The notes under the pieces are model-generated. The model saw nothing but the letters and a program-made list of their open reading frames with translations, ran no database searches and had not been told where the DNA came from. The translations under genes and the position numbers were made by a program. A stretch of DNA of 64,000 nucleotides from Candidatus Methylomirabilis sp. (GTDB lineage: Bacteria > Muiribacteriota > Ozemobacteria > Ozemobacterales > Ozemobacteraceae), in contig DYKG01000007.1 in the NCBI GenBank assembly GCA_020722725.1, forward strand, positions 1,181 to 65,180. The letters run 5' to 3'. Positions 58,161-64,000 of the stretch are shown here, one piece after another (position 1 is the stretch's first letter; each line of letters opens with the position of its first letter).

Positions 58161-58667
58161 TCAGGGAAGCTCTTGCACTTGTTGGGCACTTCCGTGATAA
58201 GTACAGTAAATAAAAAGTCCGCCGCTGGCGGTGATATCTCCAATGCTTTCGTAGCGGCACTCCGGTTCTGCTTTCGGAAAAGGGTGCCGGAGATATTCTG
58301 GAATCAGTGGCGTATTGGGTTGGCTCAGCATACTGTTTTTTATTCGTCTGATTTTCGGGCTGTGTTCAAAATTATACATCTGCACTGAACCGGCGATAAT
58401 TTTCTGACAGTAGTAGCATTCTCGCAGAGGATTGCGATAGTGCTGCGGAAAAAAACAGATAACCAGATACTCTTTAAATGTTTTGAAAAATGGTTGATCA
58501 AAACAAGGAGGATTTTCAATCAAATGTTTAATTTTTTCTCTGTCTTCTTTATCGACAATTGTTTTGGCAAAGCAATCAGAGAAGCCTTCTAAATTGTTTT
58601 TCTCAGCCCGGGAACCTGTAATTGGGAATAAAATAAGCAGGCATAGCAGCCAGATTGATGGTTTCAT
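58161..58667 (-). CDS. Small secreted Cys-containing hypothetical protein.
   Basis: Signal peptide MKPSIWLLCLLILFPITGSRA and 8 Cys residues. ATGA overlap with the upstream TPR gene. Confidence 0.45.
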   Translation of the reverse strand: MKPSIWLLCLLILFPITGSRAEKNNLEGFSDCFAKTIVDKEDREKIKHLIENPPCFDQPFFKTFKEYLVICFFPQHYRNPLRECYYCQKIIAGSVQMYNFEHSPKIRRIKNSMLSQPNTPLIPEYLRHPFPKAEPECRYESIGDITASGGLFIYCTYHGSAQQVQELP

Positions 58668-60355
58668 TGCCGGTCAGGGTAAGCAGATACGAATTCAAAT
58701 GACGGCAACGGAACATTCTGACCCATGTCGTTGATGACATTGTAGGTTTTCCAGTCGGTAGTTCCGGTAAAAGTGATCATTTTGCCCTCTTTGATGAATG
58801 GAGGGAAACCACCTTTCTGCGCGGCAACAAGAAACAATGGCTGATTGTTGAAATGTTTGTTTAAACGGAAGTCGTTGCGATCCCGTCTCATTGTTTCAAG
58901 CTCATCCTGGCTGAGTTCTTTTATCATCAGCAGAAAATCGCGCCCATAGCGCTTTATGCGGCGGGCAATATAACCGCGCCATTCAACGGTTACCGGTCCC
59001 GTGAATCGGGTCTTGAAGGTAATGTCGGCCAGTTGCGGGTAAAGCAGATTTACCGTGCCGTAGTTATTTCTGGTGTCTTTGAAACCCTGGCGTGCAGGCT
59101 GGGTTCGTTGTTGAATCTCTCTGATTTTGAATCGGGCAACTTCAACTTTTCTCAACGCATCACGCTGGTAGCTTTCCAGCAATCCACTAGTTTCAAGAGC
59201 CTGAGAAAAAAAGCTGACCGCGTCTTCATAATTTTCAATCGAAAAAGCGTGATTCCCTCGTAGATACAAGTCGTTTGCCAGGTTGCCGGTAGTTTCGTTG
59301 AGCCTGGTCTGCAGGTTGGTATTGCCGGGATTCATGGCATTGGCACGCGAATAAAAATCACGGGCTTTGGCTGGGTCACCCATCGATTCGTAAATCCTGG
59401 CAATCTCAAGTGCAATCGCTGCCTGAGGCTTGACCCCGAAATAAATCTGGTAGTTTTTTATAGCATCTTCAAGCAGATTTACTTTTGCGTAATTTCGGCC
59501 AAGCATCATATAGGCGTCATAATACTTGTCATCAACCCTGAGCGTTTCTTCAAGATGTTTGATCGAGGCGAACAGGTCACCTTTGGCGCTAAGCGCCTTT
59601 CCAAGCAGAAAATGTGCGGTGGCACTGTCGGGATTGCTTTGCAAAGCCTGATTCAGCAGATTGATGGCTTCGTCAGTCTTTCCCTGATCAAGCATCTGCC
59701 GGGCCTTATTTTCACCCGATGTTTTTTTTACTGCAGTCTGTGTCGGCTGGTTTACTGGCAAGGTTGGCAGACGAAGATCCTGGGCCCTGGCAGTTTCATG
59801 GTTGACATTCGCTTGTTGCTGAATAATTCCGGACGCAGGCATTGCCGGAAGCTGAGCAGGCGGGTTTGCCCTGACCGGGTGTTGCATCTGCTGCGTCGTA
59901 GCCTGGGTAATAATACGTGCCGGAACCGGTCTTTCAACCGGCATTTCTTTAGCCGTTTCAGTTTGAGCCTGAATCAGCTGTTGCTGCATGGACTGTGCTT
60001 TCATTCTTTTTAACTCAACGGTGCAGCGTGCTATACCGCGCTTGGCTGCAACCATCGATGAGTCAAGGCTCGCTGCCAGCCGAAATTCCTTCAATGCTTC
60101 GCTGAAATTCCCGGTTAATTCAAAAAGTCGGCCCAGGTTGAAGTGAACCCCGGGATGACGTGGGGATTTCTCATAAGCTTCTTTCAAAGCCTGGTGCGCC
60201 TGCTTGTAACGTTGCTGGTATATATGATTAACTGCCTCTTCAACCAGAATGTTGGTGTTGTCATAGGCAGAAGCCGCAGTTAGTCCCGCTGTTGTAAAAA
60301 GAATTGCCCCTGCGATTCTTTTCAGCTGACTTTTGATGTTCTGATTTTGGCGCAT
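58664..60355 (-). CDS. Secreted TPR-repeat protein.
   Basis: N-terminal signal, TPR motifs throughout, and a Gln-rich linker. Confidence 0.6.
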   Translation of the reverse strand: MRQNQNIKSQLKRIAGAILFTTAGLTAASAYDNTNILVEEAVNHIYQQRYKQAHQALKEAYEKSPRHPGVHFNLGRLFELTGNFSEALKEFRLAASLDSSMVAAKRGIARCTVELKRMKAQSMQQQLIQAQTETAKEMPVERPVPARIITQATTQQMQHPVRANPPAQLPAMPASGIIQQQANVNHETARAQDLRLPTLPVNQPTQTAVKKTSGENKARQMLDQGKTDEAINLLNQALQSNPDSATAHFLLGKALSAKGDLFASIKHLEETLRVDDKYYDAYMMLGRNYAKVNLLEDAIKNYQIYFGVKPQAAIALEIARIYESMGDPAKARDFYSRANAMNPGNTNLQTRLNETTGNLANDLYLRGNHAFSIENYEDAVSFFSQALETSGLLESYQRDALRKVEVARFKIREIQQRTQPARQGFKDTRNNYGTVNLLYPQLADITFKTRFTGPVTVEWRGYIARRIKRYGRDFLLMIKELSQDELETMRRDRNDFRLNKHFNNQPLFLVAAQKGGFPPFIKEGKMITFTGTTDWKTYNVINDMGQNVPLPSFEFVSAYPDRQ

Positions 60356-60378
60356 GTTAAACTTTCCTTTAGGTTTTT

Positions 60379-60407
60379 TGACGGCTGACCTAGTCTATGA
60401 TATTATT
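60379..60407 (+). promoter_or_regulatory. Candidate sigma70 promoter for the small ORF.
   Basis: TTGACG, a 17-nt spacer, then TATTAT. Confidence 0.4.
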
Positions 60408-60424
60408 AACCAGAATAATTTTCT

Positions 60425-60523
60425 ATGGAGGAAGCCATGTCAATTTTCCGCTTCATCTGGTGGGCAATGATTATCAGTGTTTGTGCTTTTGCCGGCTATA
60501 TTTACGGCTATCTTTCAGACTGA
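60425..60523 (+). CDS. Candidate small hydrophobic protein (32 aa; 28 aa from the second ATG).
   Basis: GGAGGAAGCC SD immediately before ATG 60437. Product MSIFRFIWWAMIISVCAFAGYIYGYLSD (single TM). A promoter lies upstream and a terminator downstream. It is not in the ORF track because it is under 60 aa. Confidence 0.35.
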   Translation: MEEAMSIFRFIWWAMIISVCAFAGYIYGYLSD

Positions 60524-60536
60524 GCAGACGCAGCTG

Positions 60537-60587
60537 AAACCGGCTACCGAACTACTGTTCCGTGGCCGGTTTTTGTTTTTTATTTTT
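60537..60587. terminator. Bidirectional rho-independent terminator shared by the small ORF (+) and the DUF433-like gene (-).
   Basis: A hairpin AACCGGCTACCGAACTACTGTTCCGTGGCCGGTT is flanked by TTTTTGTTTTTTATTTTTT on the plus strand and an A-rich run on the other side. Confidence 0.5.
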
Positions 60588-60777
60588 TCAGATTGTTGAA
60601 TCTACCGTATTTTTTCAGCAGCTCAACATATTCACCATGAAGTTCTGAAACCCCAAAAAGAGCGGCAGTCAGCAGGTCTTTTTGGGTATAACCAAACTGT
60701 CCCTGTAATTCTTTGAATGAGCTGCCTTCCGCCAGTTGGTCGAGTATGAATTCAGAGGTCGTGGTTGCTCTGGGCAT
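60580..60777 (-). CDS. Small DUF433-like protein (possible antitoxin-type HTH-like protein).
   Basis: The 65-aa product ILDQLAEGSSFKELQGQFGYTQKDLLTAALFG resembles the DUF433 core (DYP-L-T-x-EDI-x-AAL-Y). Confidence 0.35.
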   Translation of the reverse strand: MPRATTTSEFILDQLAEGSSFKELQGQFGYTQKDLLTAALFGVSELHGEYVELLKKYGRFNNLKK

Positions 60778-60903
60778 ATATTTGTCTCCTGAAATTATTG
60801 TTAATTATTTATCGGCAACTTGCAAGATGCCAGCGCAATTTTTTATTTTTGTGTTATCATCAAAACCTGATTTTTTAATTCACTTTTTGTTATGGAGGCT
60901 GTC

Positions 60904-62352
60904 ATGGCGCTAACTATCTATAATTCACTTACCAGACAGAAAGAAGAATTTGTTCCGGTTGAACCGGGGCAGGTTGGCATCTATGTTTGCGGCCCCACCG
61001 TTTATGGGCCGCCGCACCTTGGCCATGCCAAAAGCTACATAACATTCGATGTGCTGGTTAAGCATCTGCGCAATTCTGGCTTAAAAGTGCGCTATGTACA
61101 AAACATCACCGATGTTGGCCATTTGACTGATGACGCCGATGCCGGCGAAGACAAAATTCAGCGTCAGGCAAGAATAGATCAGGTTCATCCCTGGGAAGTC
61201 GTTGATAAATGGACTCGACAGTATATGAATGACATGGAAAAGCTGCATGTCGCCCACCCGAGCTTTTATGTGCGGGCCAGCCAGCATATTGGTGAACAGA
61301 TCGAAGCAGTCCAGGCTTTGATTGCAAACGGCAGTGCCTACGAAGTTAATGGCAATGTCTATTTTTCAGTTGAAGCTTTTCCAGAATACGGCAAACTCTC
61401 CGGTCGTCGTCTCGAAGAGCAGAAAGAAGCCGTTCGGGTTGAATCACGCGGCGAGAAGAAAAATCCCCGCGATTTCGCCCTGTGGAAAAAAGCCGAGCCT
61501 GGCCATATTCTCAAATGGAACTCCCCCTGGGGCGAAGGTTATCCTGGCTGGCACATCGAATGCTCAGTCATGGCTACCAAATATCTTGGCAAAACTTTTG
61601 ACATTCACGGTGGTGGCCTCGAAAACAAATTCCCCCATCATGAGTGCGAAATTGCCCAGTCTGAATCGCTCAATCATGCCCCTTTTTGTCGCTATTGGGT
61701 ACATAATAACATGGTGACCGTAGATGGCATCAAAATGGGAAAATCCCTCGGTAATTTCAAAACCTGCGAAGATTTGCTGTCGCGGCACAGTGCTGAGGCA
61801 ATCAGGGCTTTCATTCTGTCAACCCATTACCGTTCGCCGTCAAATTATACCGAAGAAGCCATCTCGGCAACCGCAACAGGTCTTACCCGCCTGTCCCAGC
61901 TGCAGTCGGCTCTGCAGGAATTGATTGAAAAACAGGCTGGTGCCGGTTCAGCCGATGCCGATGCAGAAAAGCTCTGCGTTGAAGTTGAAAAGAAAATTGT
62001 TGCCTGCCTCGATGACGACCTTGATACACCCGGAGCCATTGCCGCTCTTTACAGTATGGTCACCGATGCTAACAAGCTTCTTGCATCAAGCTCATTGTCT
62101 TCTGCCGGTGGGCAAAGACTGCTATCCCTTATTCAGAAGTGGGGCGGTGAAATTCTCGGCATTCTTGCCCCGGCCGGAAAAGCCAGCGCAGAACTTGATA
62201 TTGCCCCGGTAATGGATATGCTGATTAACCTGCGAAAAGAGATGAAAGCTGCCAAAAAGTTTGATGTGGCCGACTCGATTCGCGACCGTCTCAAAGAAAG
62301 TGGAATTCTTATAGAAGATACCAAAGAAGGCACTCGCTGGAGAAAAGCCTGA
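60904..62352 (+). CDS. cysS: Cysteine--tRNA ligase.
   Basis: [16 protein letters not shown]...[16 protein letters not shown] (HIGH) and KMGKSLGN (KMSKS). A GGAGG SD precedes the ATG. Confidence 0.9.
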   Translation: MALTIYNSLTRQKEEFVPVEPGQVGIYVCGPTVYGPPHLGHAKSYITFDVLVKHLRNSGLKVRYVQNITDVGHLTDDADAGEDKIQRQARIDQVHPWEVVDKWTRQYMNDMEKLHVAHPSFYVRASQHIGEQIEAVQALIANGSAYEVNGNVYFSVEAFPEYGKLSGRRLEEQKEAVRVESRGEKKNPRDFALWKKAEPGHILKWNSPWGEGYPGWHIECSVMATKYLGKTFDIHGGGLENKFPHHECEIAQSESLNHAPFCRYWVHNNMVTVDGIKMGKSLGNFKTCEDLLSRHSAEAIRAFILSTHYRSPSNYTEEAISATATGLTRLSQLQSALQELIEKQAGAGSADADAEKLCVEVEKKIVACLDDDLDTPGAIAALYSMVTDANKLLASSSLSSAGGQRLLSLIQKWGGEILGILAPAGKASAELDIAPVMDMLINLRKEMKAAKKFDVADSIRDRLKESGILIEDTKEGTRWRKA

Positions 62353-62356
62353 TTAA

Positions 62357-62806
62357 ATGGACGTCAGCAAAGAAAATCTCCTTGGGTCTGGCCTATTCGC
62401 GATATGCAGGCAATGGAATCAGAAGGAAATCGAAAAAATGCCGGCTCGCACCCTGGCTTACATTGGTGATGCGGTTTACGAGCTGGGCCTGCGTATGGCG
62501 CATGTGCGGAAAGGTATCGATGAAGCCGGACGGCTTCACAGCTCAATGGTGGAGTTTGTAAGCTCTTCAGCACAGGCAAAGGTTTTTGAGGTGATTTTCC
62601 CCGAATTGTCAGAGCATGAGCATGAGCTGGTAAAAAATTGGCGAAATGCAAAAATTCCGGCCCGCTACGGTTCTGGAACCAGAGCCGAATATGCCAGAGC
62701 AACAGCGCTTGAAGCATGGGTTGCCTATCTTTTTCTGACCGGTCAGACAGACAGGCTTGAACAAATATTTGAAATTGCAATGAGGTCTGAAAATGAGTCA
62801 ATATAA
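62357..62806 (+). CDS. mrnC: Mini-ribonuclease III.
   Basis: LAYIGDAVYELGLR RNase III-like catalytic motif in a ~150-aa protein immediately downstream of cysS, matching the conserved Firmicutes-type order. Confidence 0.75.
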   Translation: MDVSKENLLGSGLFAICRQWNQKEIEKMPARTLAYIGDAVYELGLRMAHVRKGIDEAGRLHSSMVEFVSSSAQAKVFEVIFPELSEHEHELVKNWRNAKIPARYGSGTRAEYARATALEAWVAYLFLTGQTDRLEQIFEIAMRSENESI

Positions 62807-63914
62807 GTTTGATAAGAAAGATAGAACAGAGCGGAAGGGAAAATTCAATGGAGGTGATCGCCCTGACCGCCATTCAAAAACCGACCGGCCTGAAAAAGGT
62901 TATGGCCACGGAAAATCAGTGCGGCATGCCAGGCCTGAGAAATTTGCCAAACCTGAACGTCATGGTAAGCCCGAGCGTTACGGCAAATCTGAGCGCCAGG
63001 GTAAACCCGAACATCGTGAAAAAACAGAGCATTTTTCCATGTCTGACCGCCCCGCAAGGTCCGGTCAGGATGAAAGATATTCCAAACGAGATTTTGAAAG
63101 TAAAACAGAGCCCAAATTTAAAAAGACATTTGAAAATCGCGAAAAGAAAGCTGAAGAGCAGCAGGGTCACGAAGAAGATACCCTTCTGATCAGGGGCCGA
63201 CACGAAGTTCTCGGCGCTCTTGCTGCCGGGCAGAAAATTGAGACAATTTTTTTCTCGGCTACTCTTAAAGGGCTTTTGCCGGGGCAGATTCGCGAAATGG
63301 CATCAAAGGCCGGAATACCAGTTAAAGAAATGGGAGCCGAAGCTTTTTCTCACAAATTTGGTGAAAAAAGCCAGGGAATCGTTGCTATTGCTGGTGTTTT
63401 CGCATATGCCGAGCTTGAAACTCTGATTGAAAATGCAAAAGCTGCAAGTCAGATTATTGTTGCTTTAAATCAGGTTGAAGATCCGCGAAATCTTGGAGCA
63501 ATTGTAAGAACCGTCGAAGCTGCCGGTTGCGCCGGAGTGGTGATTGCAAAACATCGCTCTGCAGGAATGACCGAGTGGGCAGTTAGAACCGCCCAGGGAG
63601 CGGCAGCTCACCTGCCGGTTGCCAGGGTAACCAATATTGCTGATGCACTTGTTGCTCTTAAAGACGCCGGCTTCTGGGTTGTTGGTCTAGATGGCGAAGC
63701 AAAAAAACTTTTCTGCGATACTGTGTACAGAGGACCGATCGTTCTGGTTGCCGGGGGAGAAGATGCAGGCCTGGGTGACCGAGTTAAGAAAAGCTGTGAT
63801 GAGCTGGTTTCTATCCCGTTACGTGGGCATACCAGTTCCTTGAATGTTTCGGTCAGTACAGCGGTTGTGTTGTTTGAAATCTGCCGGCAGAAAGAATTTT
63901 TTCAAAAACTTTAA
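62793..63914 (+). CDS. rlmB: TrmH/SpoU-family 23S rRNA 2'-O-methyltransferase (RlmB-like) with a ~110-aa basic low-complexity N-terminal extension.
   Basis: The C-terminal SPOUT core (EDPRNLGAIVRTVEAAGCAGVVI; LVAGGEDAGL; SLNVSVSTAVVLFE) is preceded by KPER/GKPE-type basic repeats. The true start may be internal. Confidence 0.7.
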   Translation: MSQYKFDKKDRTERKGKFNGGDRPDRHSKTDRPEKGYGHGKSVRHARPEKFAKPERHGKPERYGKSERQGKPEHREKTEHFSMSDRPARSGQDERYSKRDFESKTEPKFKKTFENREKKAEEQQGHEEDTLLIRGRHEVLGALAAGQKIETIFFSATLKGLLPGQIREMASKAGIPVKEMGAEAFSHKFGEKSQGIVAIAGVFAYAELETLIENAKAASQIIVALNQVEDPRNLGAIVRTVEAAGCAGVVIAKHRSAGMTEWAVRTAQGAAAHLPVARVTNIADALVALKDAGFWVVGLDGEAKKLFCDTVYRGPIVLVAGGEDAGLGDRVKKSCDELVSIPLRGHTSSLNVSVSTAVVLFEICRQKEFFQKL

Positions 63915-63922
63915 AAAAGTTA

Positions 63923-63951
63923 TTGACATAAAATCATGCCTGCTTTATAAT
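63923..63951 (+). promoter_or_regulatory. Perfect-consensus sigma70 promoter at the window edge.
   Basis: TTGACA (63923..63928), a 17-nt spacer, then TATAAT (63946..63951). A short hairpin ACCGT-AAGC-ACGGT plus a T-run follows. Confidence 0.5.
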
Positions 63952-64000
63952 CCACCAATACCGTAAGCACGGTACAGTTCTTTTTGAGCTGAAGTCGCCG

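Noticed and set aside
1-64000. Signs of a mobile element, prophage or defence island (integrase, transposase, restriction-modification, CRISPR/cas, toxin-antitoxin pairs beyond the weak DUF433 hint).
   Set aside because: No such ORFs or repeats are recognisable. GC content and codon style look uniform across the window, which argues against recently acquired DNA.

Overview
The window reads as chromosomal DNA from an uncultivated diderm bacterium, about 50% GC and densely coding on both strands. I found no transposases, integrases, CRISPR arrays, reverse transcriptases, tRNAs or rRNAs. Housekeeping blocks include hpf-ptsN (consensus sigma70 promoter, two terminators), secA, prfB with its programmed +1 frameshift, lgt, hprK-yvcK-whiA, hemW, and a Firmicutes-like cysS-mrnC(mini-RNase III)-rlmB run. 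These are interleaved with an unusually large secretome: paralogous lipoproteins sharing an N-terminal module; an SLH + coiled-coil + beta-barrel (OmpM-like) outer-membrane tether followed by a five-gene surface operon with starch/glycogen-binding-like domains; a 3,320-aa PA14/FN3/Ig-repeat surface giant; TPR proteins and secreted beta-propeller proteins. The less ordinary observations are: (i) two paralogous pilin + PilX-like minor-pilin cassettes, one translationally coupled to a polytopic membrane protein with a spermidine-synthase/class-I-methyltransferase fold, the other wedged between secA and prfB; (ii) a COG1180 (PflA/AmmeMemoRadiSam-like) radical-SAM enzyme with an apparent twin-arginine export signal, embedded in a run of secreted hypotheticals; (iii) an hprK-yvcK-whiA operon in which HprK sits where RapZ normally is, YvcK carries an N-terminal membrane anchor, and both YvcK and WhiA end in poly-Asp/Glu tails. 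All calls come from reading the ORF translations and the nucleotide sequence by eye; no database search was run.
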